Source of the DNA: Candidatus Yanofskybacteria bacterium
Lineage (GTDB): Bacteria > Patescibacteriota > Minisyncoccia > 2-02-FULL-40-12 > IGHO2-01-FULL-4-A
Direction: 5' to 3'
NCBI GenBank assembly: GCA_016185545.1
Contig: JACPNJ010000002.1
Span: 51,299 to 115,298 of the forward strand
DNA: 64,000 nucleotides
The notes under the pieces were generated by a model. It saw only the letters and a list, made by a program, of their open reading frames with translations, was not told where the DNA came from and ran no database searches. Each line of letters opens with the position of its first letter. Position 1 is the stretch's first letter. Position numbers and translations under genes: made by a program. Positions 32,630 to 41,689 of this stretch are shown here, in pieces.

Positions 32630-34315
32630 ATGTCTAACTCAAAAGAATCACTTCCCCCAATGCCAAATATGCCCACTACTCCTGAACGAATCATCGAGGA
32701 GAAGGGCATCGATAAAACAAAGAAGAAGGAAAAACTTTCTCCAGAGCAGCTTGAAGCTAGAGTCCAAGAACTTATGGACTTATCGGCCGCTCGAGCCGAA
32801 GCTTCTAAGCATATTCGTGAGTCTTGGGGCGGTTTGACCAAAAGCGAGCGAGAAGAACTGGCAGAGAAGGGAGATGATGCCACAGCAGCTCAATTCGACG
32901 CACTCAAAGTTGATCCGGAGCTGGCAGAATTTTCTGAAAATGTCCTTGCTGAATACGATAAGCGTATTCAAGAGCTTGGCAGCAACCCCAAGGTCATGGA
33001 GGCCTATAATGAACGCTTTGAAGGAATGAAAGACGCCTTAGCTAAAGTTCTCGAGTACGAACATCTCCATAAAGAGCTTGATGCAATCATCAGCAGTGAA
33101 CAGAAACTTTGTCTGATGTATGAAAAGGTCGGACGTTCGCCTGGGCCGATTGAGCGAACCAAACTGACTGATCTGGTAAAACGTAAAGAAGAATTACAAA
33201 AAGAAATAAACGGTTTTAAATTGGATTCGGCATCGATCAATATGCTTCGACGCCGAGAGGTTCGGGGTATGCAGCGAGATTTGGAGCGTTACAACTTTGC
33301 TGAAACTGAATCCCGCACCGAACTCATACGAGAAGTCTTGCCTGACTTGCTTCATGGCGCACCGATTCTGTTTCAAGGCGAGACTGGCTCTGGTAAAACC
33401 CAGTTGGCTAAATATATTTCTCATAGATTCCTTGGCCATGAAGTTTCGCCGATTTCTATCTCTGAACAAATAAAAGAGTCCCAAATCATGGGTCGGGTCA
33501 CCTTGAAAGAAGGTGCCACCGATTTTTTGTATTCTGAATTAGTCAAAAGCATGAAGGAGGGTCGCCCAGTAATTATGGATGAAATCAATTTAATGCCCCA
33601 TGAATTTCAGGGCATTCTCAACGAGATTTTCCAACTACGAATTGGCAGCACTTGGAAACACCCATCCACTGGCGAATCAATTAAGATTGCTCCCGGTTTT
33701 GTGATCTTTGCTACCGCCAACCTTAAGTCAGAGCGCTACAAACAACGTTACGAACTTGATGTTGCTACTCTTCGTCGTTTCATCGGTGGTGCCGGTGCGC
33801 GTGAAATCCACTACTTAGATTTAGGCAAGAAAAGCAAAGAGGGAGAATATATCGCACCCGAGACTCTTAAGATTCTAGCCTCGGTATTGGCAGATCGAAA
33901 CGGCAATATTACTTGGAGCGAACAAGAATCGCCTCAAAAACTTGATGAGCTAAAGAGATTTGTGGGTGCTTGCCGTAAAATCCAAGAAGACTTTACCTTG
34001 AGCGTCCGAGAAGGTTCTGAAGACTCATTGGCTCGAGGCGACAAGCTGGCTTTCAAAGAACTGGTCATCACCCTCAAGGATCAGATTGAGATTATGAAAG
34101 CATGGAAAGCGTCTGGTTTTGTCGAACCGCTAGAAAGTATTGTTCTGCGAGAATTCTTCAGAAAAGCTGAAATCAGCGGTCGAGCCGCCAAAGACCGAGA
34201 AAATATGGTCAAAGTATTTATGGCCAATAAGTTTTTCCAAGATACTAAACCTGAAGATTTTAATATCCAAGGCCTATCGGCTAAAACAGTTCGCCAATGG
34301 CAAGGAAAAGAATAA
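32630..34315 (+). CDS. MoxR/AAA_5-type AAA+ ATPase with N-terminal coiled coil
   Basis: Walker A GETGSGKT, Walker B IMDEIN, FATAN sensor, LRRF arginine finger. Confidence 0.9.
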   Translation: MSNSKESLPPMPNMPTTPERIIEEKGIDKTKKKEKLSPEQLEARVQELMDLSAARAEASKHIRESWGGLTKSEREELAEKGDDATAAQFDALKVDPELAEFSENVLAEYDKRIQELGSNPKVMEAYNERFEGMKDALAKVLEYEHLHKELDAIISSEQKLCLMYEKVGRSPGPIERTKLTDLVKRKEELQKEINGFKLDSASINMLRRREVRGMQRDLERYNFAETESRTELIREVLPDLLHGAPILFQGETGSGKTQLAKYISHRFLGHEVSPISISEQIKESQIMGRVTLKEGATDFLYSELVKSMKEGRPVIMDEINLMPHEFQGILNEIFQLRIGSTWKHPSTGESIKIAPGFVIFATANLKSERYKQRYELDVATLRRFIGGAGAREIHYLDLGKKSKEGEYIAPETLKILASVLADRNGNITWSEQESPQKLDELKRFVGACRKIQEDFTLSVREGSEDSLARGDKLAFKELVITLKDQIEIMKAWKASGFVEPLESIVLREFFRKAEISGRAAKDRENMVKVFMANKFFQDTKPEDFNIQGLSAKTVRQWQGKE

Positions 34316-35134
34316 ATGCCATTTGAAGCCTACAAAATCTACGAAGAATACGAACCGGATAAATTCAAGACCTCAACCCAGAAAAAGGTTGAGCAAGCTC
34401 TCGATACCGCTAAAAAAGAAGGACTAGTTCCGGAGGCAAAAGAGGCCCATGTTGAATTTGAAGAAGCCCAAGAAATATTTGGGCTAGATTTTCTTGGTCC
34501 CGAATCTGTTGGGACAACTTTTGGTGTTGAGTTTTCCCAAGAAGAGCAAAATCAGATAGAAAACATCCCATTTACTCGTGAAGAATTAGAAAAAGCCAAA
34601 GAGCTTGGAATGATGCTGGTTTTGCGAGTGCCACGAGTTGGCAAGGACAAGACTGCTAAGCCCCTTACGATCAAGCAAATGCGAGGTGCATTCAAAGGAG
34701 AAGATAAACTTGGCGATCCTAAAAAGAAAAAATCCCAAATCTTCTTCGATCAGGATTGGTATAACAAGGAAGAATTCGCCACCAAAGACACTCCATCCCT
34801 TGGTTGGGGTCTTGTTACGAAGAAAATACTAGAAGAATCAAGAAGTAAAAACTGGGATCAGCAACAGGAAGTACTTAAAAAGTGGGCAGAAGAAAATGGC
34901 ATTGACCCCACTTCAATTAAACGCCGAACTCCAGTTGAGATAGCTTACGATACACTTCTTTATTATGGCTCGAACAAGGAGTCATTGTTAACAGATACCT
35001 GGGACTGGTCCGGCGTGCAGTCATCCGACGGCGGCTTCGTCGGCGTTGGCTACTTCGACTCGGTCGGTCTCAGCGTCTACGACAATTCCCGCGGCAATGC
35101 GGATTCGGATCTCGGTGTCTGCCCCTCCCGGTAG
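34316..35134 (+). CDS. DGR target-like variable protein 2 (VR 35003-35134)
   Basis: same N-terminus and VR scaffold as paralogs; ATG directly follows the ATPase TAA. Confidence 0.85.
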   Translation: MPFEAYKIYEEYEPDKFKTSTQKKVEQALDTAKKEGLVPEAKEAHVEFEEAQEIFGLDFLGPESVGTTFGVEFSQEEQNQIENIPFTREELEKAKELGMMLVLRVPRVGKDKTAKPLTIKQMRGAFKGEDKLGDPKKKKSQIFFDQDWYNKEEFATKDTPSLGWGLVTKKILEESRSKNWDQQQEVLKKWAEENGIDPTSIKRRTPVEIAYDTLLYYGSNKESLLTDTWDWSGVQSSDGGFVGVGYFDSVGLSVYDNSRGNADSDLGVCPSR

Positions 35135-35214
35135 TTTCGCCTTGGGAGCTTGGATCCCTTGATTCTTATTGGTTCCATTGGGTATTCGAAAAATTTTTAT
35201 ATAACTACACCTAA

Positions 35215-37209
35215 ATGCCAGAATCATTTCCCATAAATAGAATAGAAACTCCTCAAGACGAACCTAAACCAGAGGTTCCAAAGCAGGAAAGCGAAATTGA
35301 TGCTCAAGCAGTTGAGGAATTTTTAAATAAGGAAACTGAAATACTAGGAGCTTACGGGTTACGAGGTGATATTACACTGGAACGAGGGAATGGCGGTTGG
35401 GCATTTGATTTTCAGAATCGAAAGTTAATTTACGATCCAAAGTTCTTCATAGAACGTGGCTATAGCCTCCAGGAAACTCTCTTTGCCACCACTCACGAAC
35501 TCATGGCTCACTACGGTGAGCTTATGCGTGATCCGGAGCTTGTCTTAAAGGAAGCTAAGAGATATAGCGCAAAAGGTCACCTCCATCTTTTATACAATAT
35601 CTTTGAAGATGTGTTGGGCAACAGACGTATTGTTGCCGAATTGCCGTTCTTAGAAGAAACTCGCGAATCGCTTTATCGAGAAAAGATGTTTCCACCGACT
35701 GACTACACTGATAAATCTTCTCATGTTCAGTTTACTTATGGTTTTATTCGCCAGATGATGGTGCCTGGAGAGGCAGTACAACTTGGGCCGGAGGCGCAGG
35801 CCGCTTTGGATAAGCTGAGAAGCTTTGGTTCAGATAAAATAGATATCCTTGATCTAGTTACTACACCAACCATTGACCCCAAAGATCGCTTTCAAATAAT
35901 GCGAACAATTGTTGAACCTATTTACCGAGAACTCTATGAAAAGGATTTAGAAGAAGAAAAGAAAAGCGGCAAAAGCAAGGATCAGGGCGAAGGGTCACCC
36001 ACGGATACTCAAGTTTCTGATAAACCTCAACAAGGCCAAGGTTCTGGCCAAGATAAGAAAAAATGGTGGCAAAGAAAAAAGGAAACACCCCAAGAAGGAA
36101 AAGGTAAAGAGGAACAACCTGGCAAAGGTGGGGATAAAAAATCCAGTGAACGAGCCGCTAGAGAAGCGGCTGAAAAGAAATTTAAGAAAGAATATAAAAC
36201 CTATCACGACGGTCATCCGGAACCCATAACTCATGCCGAAGAAAAGGAGATCAAGAAGTTGATGGAAGAAATAGTTGCTAAAAAGGGCGGACAACCTACT
36301 CTAGAGCAAAATATTCTTGAGGAATGGGCTCGTGAGCATGGAGTCAGCGCCGAGGATGTTCTTGGCTATCGCAAAGAGTATGAAGAGATCGCTCCCCTAG
36401 TAGCTGAGCTAAGGGAAGTTTTTAAGAAGATCATTGCCAGGAGATTAAAAGAACGATGGCAGTTTTCGCCTCAGCTCAAAACAGAAGGCGAAGAACTAGC
36501 CGAAGATACGCTAGTCGACTCTTCAATTGAATCTCGAGCCGGAGGCCAGCCAAGGGCATTTAGAGAGATTGAGAGACATAAACGAGAGCAGGAGGGCTAC
36601 GGCATGCTTGATATGTCTTTGGTTAATGATTTATCCGGTTCTATGAATGACGGGGATGGCAGTAAGCTTGAGATGGACCGCAAGAGCAAACTCCTATTCT
36701 TGGAATCTCTGGCCGATTTTCAAAAAGAAATAGAAGAAGCCGAATTTGAAAGTGGTGTTTCGTTGGGTCTTCAAGTTAGAACCGAAACCAGAGCTTTTGG
36801 CGATTTTGGAGATGTAGAATTAAAGTCGTTATCACCTGATCTTTCTGAAAAAGATAGAATTGGGATTTGGAAAAAAATGCATAAAGCTGGTGGCGGTACG
36901 CCGGATTATCTTTCTCTTGAAGAAGTTTTAAACTCAATTACTCCTGAACAAGAAAAGGAGTTAAGAGAGAAATTAAGAAGAAAAGTTATCGTCGTACTTT
37001 CTGATGGTGAAAGCCAAGATTCAGGGAAAGTTCAGGCTGTTTTACTCCAGTTAAGGAATAAGGGGGTTATTTGTTTAGGATTGGGCATGACTGAATCAGG
37101 TCAAGCTGTTAAAGAAACATATAAACCGGATGCCGAAGTAATAACAGATATCAAGGCGTTGCCTCAAGCGGTTCAAAAAGTTATTCTAAAATATACCCAA
37201 GATTTGTAA
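35215..37209 (+). CDS. VWA-domain protein (MoxR partner, CobT-like architecture)
   Basis: N-terminal HELMAH / NIFED..NR region, charged low-complexity linker, MIDAS DLSGS, GGTP, LSDGE. Confidence 0.85.
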   Translation: MPESFPINRIETPQDEPKPEVPKQESEIDAQAVEEFLNKETEILGAYGLRGDITLERGNGGWAFDFQNRKLIYDPKFFIERGYSLQETLFATTHELMAHYGELMRDPELVLKEAKRYSAKGHLHLLYNIFEDVLGNRRIVAELPFLEETRESLYREKMFPPTDYTDKSSHVQFTYGFIRQMMVPGEAVQLGPEAQAALDKLRSFGSDKIDILDLVTTPTIDPKDRFQIMRTIVEPIYRELYEKDLEEEKKSGKSKDQGEGSPTDTQVSDKPQQGQGSGQDKKKWWQRKKETPQEGKGKEEQPGKGGDKKSSERAAREAAEKKFKKEYKTYHDGHPEPITHAEEKEIKKLMEEIVAKKGGQPTLEQNILEEWAREHGVSAEDVLGYRKEYEEIAPLVAELREVFKKIIARRLKERWQFSPQLKTEGEELAEDTLVDSSIESRAGGQPRAFREIERHKREQEGYGMLDMSLVNDLSGSMNDGDGSKLEMDRKSKLLFLESLADFQKEIEEAEFESGVSLGLQVRTETRAFGDFGDVELKSLSPDLSEKDRIGIWKKMHKAGGGTPDYLSLEEVLNSITPEQEKELREKLRRKVIVVLSDGESQDSGKVQAVLLQLRNKGVICLGLGMTESGQAVKETYKPDAEVITDIKALPQAVQKVILKYTQDL

Positions 37210-37210
37210 T

Positions 37211-38038
37211 ATGCCATTTGAAGCCTACAAAATATACGAAGAATACGAACCAGATAAATACAAAACCTCAACCCAGAAAAAGGTTGAGCAGGCCTTGGAT
37301 ACTGCTAAAAAAGAGGGCCTGATACCCGAAGCCAAAGAAGTTAATATCGAATTCGACGAAGCCAAAGAAATATTTGGCAAAGACTTTCTCGGCCCCGAAG
37401 CAATTCAAACTACTTTCGGCGTAGAATTAACACCAGACGAGCTCAAAGAAGTAGAAGACGTTCCCTTTACCAGAGAAGAACTTGAGCAAGCAAAACAACT
37501 CGGCATGATGCTCGTTTTAAGAGTACCTAGACTTGGCGAAGGCAAAACAGAGCGTCCTCTAACAATTGATTCTGCCAGAGAACTATTTACCAAGGGCGAT
37601 TCCTTGGGTGATCCTAAGAAAAAGAAACAAAAAGTATTCTATAGTAAAAAGGGCGAGAGTTGGTACAACAATGAAAAGTTTGTGACCCAAGACACTCCTA
37701 AACTCGGCTGGGGTCTAGTCATGAAATCGGTATTACCAGATTCGCTAAGCAAGAATTGGGACCAGCAGGAAGAAGTTCTCAAGAAGTGGGCAAAGGATAA
37801 TAACATAGACCCTGCCCTAGTTAAAAGAAGAACTCCTGTAGAAATTGCCTACGATACCCTTATATATTACGGCGAGAATAAAGAATCATTGCTAAAGAAT
37901 AGATACGACTGGTCTGGCGTGCAGTCTTCCGGCGGCGACTTCGTCTTCGTTGGCCACTTCGACTCGGACGGTCTCCTCGTCAGCCACGATTCCCGCGGCA
38001 TTGCGCATTCGTATCTCGGTGTCTGCCCCTCTCGGTAG
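37211..38038 (+). CDS. DGR target-like variable protein 3 (VR 37907-38038)
   Basis: same N-terminus and VR scaffold as paralogs. Confidence 0.85.
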   Translation: MPFEAYKIYEEYEPDKYKTSTQKKVEQALDTAKKEGLIPEAKEVNIEFDEAKEIFGKDFLGPEAIQTTFGVELTPDELKEVEDVPFTREELEQAKQLGMMLVLRVPRLGEGKTERPLTIDSARELFTKGDSLGDPKKKKQKVFYSKKGESWYNNEKFVTQDTPKLGWGLVMKSVLPDSLSKNWDQQEEVLKKWAKDNNIDPALVKRRTPVEIAYDTLIYYGENKESLLKNRYDWSGVQSSGGDFVFVGHFDSDGLLVSHDSRGIAHSYLGVCPSR

Positions 38039-38196
38039 TTTTGTAGGGTGCTTGGGAGCTTGGACCCCTTGATTCTTATTGGTTCTCTTGGGTATTCGAA
38101 AAAATTTTAAGATTCTCTAGTTGGTATCTCATTTTACTAATTAATTGACCTAAGCTAAGGTTGGACGCAATGGTCGTTTTTTGCTATTATTCTCTT

Positions 38197-38388
38197 AACA
38201 ATTAAGCCTAAACCTAGAGATTATTCTATAGGCATGGCACTAAATATACCCACCTGCATTCTGAACCCGTCGTTCAGCTCCATGCAGGTGGTCTATATCC
38301 GAAAGGGTATAGGAAGGCGAAAGCCTTCGGCTAGCGGCGGGCTTTGAGTTTAAAGAAGCCCCCCGTTGGTTAAGAAATCCACCTGCGT
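38197..38388 (+). ncRNA. candidate structured leader RNA, copy 2, with possible expression platform
   Basis: extended -10 promoter; 10-bp CCACCTGCAT/ATGCAGGTGG helix, two GAAA hairpins; alternative partner strand abuts ATG 38389. Confidence 0.65.
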
Positions 38389-38646
38389 ATGAAAAACATT
38401 AAAAAAATTGTTCTTTTCGGTTTTGGAGCATTTGTTCTCCTGGTCGTTGTAATCCTAATAGTTCCTTCTTCTGATAAAAAAGAAGGTGTACAAACAGTAC
38501 AAAATTTACCAAGTGTAAGTCCTAGCGTAAGTGCAAGCCCTGTTGTTAGTAATAAGGCGACTGTAAAAGCAACTCAGAAACCCCAAGCGTCTGGAGAATA
38601 TGCAGTCGTTAAAGTTGTTGACGGTGATACTGTTGATTTAAATTGA
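38389..38646 (+). pseudogene. truncated membrane-anchored thermonuclease (SNase) homolog
   Basis: TM, S/P/T linker, then VVKVVDGDTV and an immediate stop; rest of the domain absent. Confidence 0.7.
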
Positions 38647-38836
38647 AAAATTCACTGAATTGAGTTATACCTAACTTAATTAAAAACTTGAAATTGTTAA
38701 TGTTCACGCTGGAGCCGCTCGGATTTCTGCCCGCCACCCACGCCGCCTTCGGCGGCGAAATGCGTTCGAGCTAATTCAAGAATACACCGCCAGGTTGAGA
38801 TAGGCTATCACGCCGGAGGAAGATCGAATAAAACGC

Positions 38837-38870
38837 GCAATTAAAAACGGCTTCAGCCGTTTTTAATTGC
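38837..38870. terminator. perfect hairpin, possible bidirectional terminator
   Basis: GCAATTAAAAACGGC-TTCA-GCCGTTTTTAATTGC. Confidence 0.6.
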
Positions 38871-38902
38871 TAAAAAACCAAAAAAATGATAAAATTTTCC
38901 TC

Positions 38903-40459
38903 ATGTTTGCAAAACAAACAACTAGAAACCAGCAACTAGAAACTAGCAATTACGCCCCTCGTCCTCCCATTGTGGTTGTTTTAGGTCATGTTGACCATGG
39001 CAAAACAACGATATTGGACAAAATCAAGCAAACAAAAGTAGCCGAAAAAGAAGCGGGTGGAATTACTCAGCATATCGGAGCTTACCAGGTCAGCCATAAT
39101 GAAAAAAAAATAACTTTTCTTGATACGCCCGGACATGAGGCATTTAGCGCGATTCGTTCGCGCGGAGCCAAGGTCGCCGATATCGCCATCCTTGTGGTCG
39201 CAGCCGATGAGGGTGTCAAACCGCAAACCAAAGAAGCGATACAAATAATCAAAGAAGCTGATATTCCCTTTGTGGTAGCAATAAATAAAATGGATAAAGA
39301 AGGGGCAAACGCAGACAAAACAAGGCAGGAATTGGCGGAATCGGAAGTACAAGTTGAAGATTATGGCGGTACCGTACCGGTTGTTGAACTTTCGGCTCAA
39401 AAAAACGAAGGCATAAGGGAACTTTTGGAAATGATTCTGCTCGTAGCCGAAATGGAAGAATTTAGCGCGCCTACGGAAGGATTGGCTAAAGGCGTGGTAA
39501 TAGAATCTCATATGGATGCCAAACGAGGTTTAGTTGCTACGCTTATAGTGCATGAAAGAGAATTAAAAACTGGCGATTGGATTGCCGCTGGCTCCGCGTA
39601 CGGCCGGGTAAAATTGCTTGAAAATTTTTTGGGCGAATCAATAAAAATCGCTACGGCTTCACAGCCATGTGTAGTGTTTGGCTGGGAAAGCGCGCCCGGC
39701 GTCGGATGTGAATTCCAAGCCGTATCTTCCAGACAGGAAGCGGAAAAAAACGCCGCTTTAAAAGCAGAATTGGGACCGCCAACTTTATTCGCCAAAGAAA
39801 CCGGAAGCGAAGAACAAAAAACAAATAAAAGAATTGCCAATTTAACCATTAAGGCCGATGTTCAAAGCTCACTTGAAGCGATAGACCAGACACTTAAAAC
39901 CATACATTCCGATGAGGTTGAGTATAGCGTTATTAATTTTGGAGTCGGCAATATCGGCGATAACGATATAAAAAACGCACGAGCCACCGGATCAACGGTA
40001 TTGGGTTTCCATGTTGGCATAGATGGCTCTGCCAAACAGTTGGCAGAAAGGGATCAGGTTAAAACTCAAACCTTTGATATAATATATGAGCTGGTTGAAG
40101 CAGTGCGTTCAATTATGTCAGACCTCCTTGATCCTGAAATTAAACGGATTCCTCTGGGTAAATTAAAAGTTTTGGCCACATTTAAGAACATGCCTAAATC
40201 ACAGATTGTCGGCGGTAAAGTAACACAGGGCAAGATTGAACGCGGCGCTCTGATTGATGTGATTAGAAACGGCGCCTTGCTTATAACTGGCAGACTCGGC
40301 CAACTCCAACACAACAAAGCAGATGTTGCCGAAGTAAGCGAAGGACTCGAAACCGGAATTAGATTTGATTCCTCCGCACAACTAACATTGCAACAATTAA
40401 TAAAAGAAGGTGATATGCTAGAAGTTTATCAGGAAGAAAAAATTAAACGAACCATTTAA
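38903..40459 (+). CDS. infB: translation initiation factor IF-2 (short form)
   Basis: [30 protein letters not shown]; start placed at ATG 38903. Confidence 0.97.
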   Translation: MFAKQTTRNQQLETSNYAPRPPIVVVLGHVDHGKTTILDKIKQTKVAEKEAGGITQHIGAYQVSHNEKKITFLDTPGHEAFSAIRSRGAKVADIAILVVAADEGVKPQTKEAIQIIKEADIPFVVAINKMDKEGANADKTRQELAESEVQVEDYGGTVPVVELSAQKNEGIRELLEMILLVAEMEEFSAPTEGLAKGVVIESHMDAKRGLVATLIVHERELKTGDWIAAGSAYGRVKLLENFLGESIKIATASQPCVVFGWESAPGVGCEFQAVSSRQEAEKNAALKAELGPPTLFAKETGSEEQKTNKRIANLTIKADVQSSLEAIDQTLKTIHSDEVEYSVINFGVGNIGDNDIKNARATGSTVLGFHVGIDGSAKQLAERDQVKTQTFDIIYELVEAVRSIMSDLLDPEIKRIPLGKLKVLATFKNMPKSQIVGGKVTQGKIERGALIDVIRNGALLITGRLGQLQHNKADVAEVSEGLETGIRFDSSAQLTLQQLIKEGDMLEVYQEEKIKRTI

Positions 40460-40803
40460 TGTCAGAACGGATAAAAAAATTAAACGATCTTCTCCGCGAT
40501 GAAGTCGCCAAAATACTTTTAGCCGGACTAGAAAAAGATGATAGCATTTTAGTAACTGTAACCGGCGCCGATGTCTCCTCCACCCTGGAACACGCTACAA
40601 TAAAAATATCTGTATATCCAGATAGTAAGGCAAGGCAGATTCTCAAAAAAATCAACCAAAAAATTTATAATGTCCAGCAGTTGCTGAATAAACGGCTGGC
40701 TATGCGGCCGATACCCAAAATCAGATTTGAAATTGACCAAAGAGAAGAACAAGCCAGTAAAATTAATGAGTTATTTAAAAAACATGGCCACGTGGCGAAG
40801 TAG
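40459..40803 (+). CDS. rbfA: ribosome-binding factor A
   Basis: follows infB; VTVTGADVSSTL...MRPIPKIRF. Confidence 0.88.
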   Translation: MSERIKKLNDLLRDEVAKILLAGLEKDDSILVTVTGADVSSTLEHATIKISVYPDSKARQILKKINQKIYNVQQLLNKRLAMRPIPKIRFEIDQREEQASKINELFKKHGHVAK

Positions 40804-40858
40804 CAAACGCATCGGTCTGCAAAACCGACATTCATGGGTGCAAATCCCATCGTGGCCT
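40786..40858 (+). tRNA. tRNA-Cys(GCA)
   Basis: GGCCACG/CGTGGCC acceptor, U discriminator, TCGGT-CTGCAAA-ACCGA anticodon arm; atypical T loop TGCAAAT. Confidence 0.85.
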
Positions 40859-40859
40859 C

Positions 40860-41573
40860 ATGATTAAAGGAATAATTCTTGCCGGGGGCAAGGGTACACG
40901 GCTTTTGCCATTGACTAAAATTACTAATAAGCATTTACTACCGATATTTAATCGAGTAATGATTGAGTACCCGCTTCAGACATTGCTGAAAGCTGGCATT
41001 AAAGAAATCCTGATTGTTTCCGGCCGCGAGCACGCCGGCGATTTTGTTGAATATCTTGGTTCAGGCAAAGATTATGGGGCTAATTTTACATATAAGGTAC
41101 AGGACGAAGCCGGCGGCATCGCCCAAGCGCTTCTTTTAGCTGAAGATTTCGCCGATGGAAAAAAGGTTATGGTGATATTGGGTGATAATATTTTTGAAGA
41201 TAATATTTCACGGGCAGTAAAAAATTTCCGCAGTGGTGCAAGGATTTTTTTAAAAAAAGTATCTGACCCAGAACGTTTTGGGGTAGCTGTACTGGAAGGC
41301 AAGCGGGTAGTAAAGATTCTGGAAAAACCGGAAAAATCGCCAAGTCCTTACGCCGTTACCGGTTTATATCAATACGACAAAAATGTTTTCAAAACAATTA
41401 AACGTCTCAAACCATCAGCCCGTGGCGAACTTGAAATAACAGATGTGAATAACGCTTACATAAAGCGCGAGGCCATGAAAGCAGAATTCATCCGCGGTTT
41501 TTGGTCGGATGCCGGCACTTTTGATTCTCTCGCCCGCTCGGTCAGTTGGGCATTGAAAAAATCAAAAAAATAA
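40860..41573 (+). CDS. glucose-1-phosphate thymidylyltransferase family (RmlA/SpsI-like)
   Basis: GIILAGGKGTRL, LGDN, EKP, RGELEITD, WSDAGT. Confidence 0.92.
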   Translation: MIKGIILAGGKGTRLLPLTKITNKHLLPIFNRVMIEYPLQTLLKAGIKEILIVSGREHAGDFVEYLGSGKDYGANFTYKVQDEAGGIAQALLLAEDFADGKKVMVILGDNIFEDNISRAVKNFRSGARIFLKKVSDPERFGVAVLEGKRVVKILEKPEKSPSPYAVTGLYQYDKNVFKTIKRLKPSARGELEITDVNNAYIKREAMKAEFIRGFWSDAGTFDSLARSVSWALKKSKK

Positions 41574-41589
41574 CCTAGAATTTTGTTGC

Positions 41590-41675
41590 GCCGCCGTGGT
41601 GGAACTTGGTATACACGATCGACTTAAAATCGATTGCCGAAAGGCATGTCGGTTCAAATCCGACCGGCGGCACCA
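41590..41675 (+). tRNA. tRNA-Leu(TAA)
   Basis: GCCGCCG/CGGCGGC acceptor, ATCGA-CTTAAAA-TCGAT anticodon arm, variable arm, encoded CCA. Confidence 0.95.
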
Positions 41676-41689
41676 AAACTAAAAAATTT

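Noticed and set aside
38197-38345. c-di-GMP-I riboswitch or HDV-like ribozyme
   Set aside because: Receptor and GAAA loop are in the reverse order and the GEMM core junction is missing; no convincing P3/L3/P1.1 for an HDV fold.
38706-38775. Minus-strand tRNA fragment (TGGAGCCG matches the 3' end of the tRNA-like RNA)
   Set aside because: Only 8 nt match and no T arm or cloverleaf follows; probably a REP-like hairpin (CGCCGCCTTCGGCGGCG).
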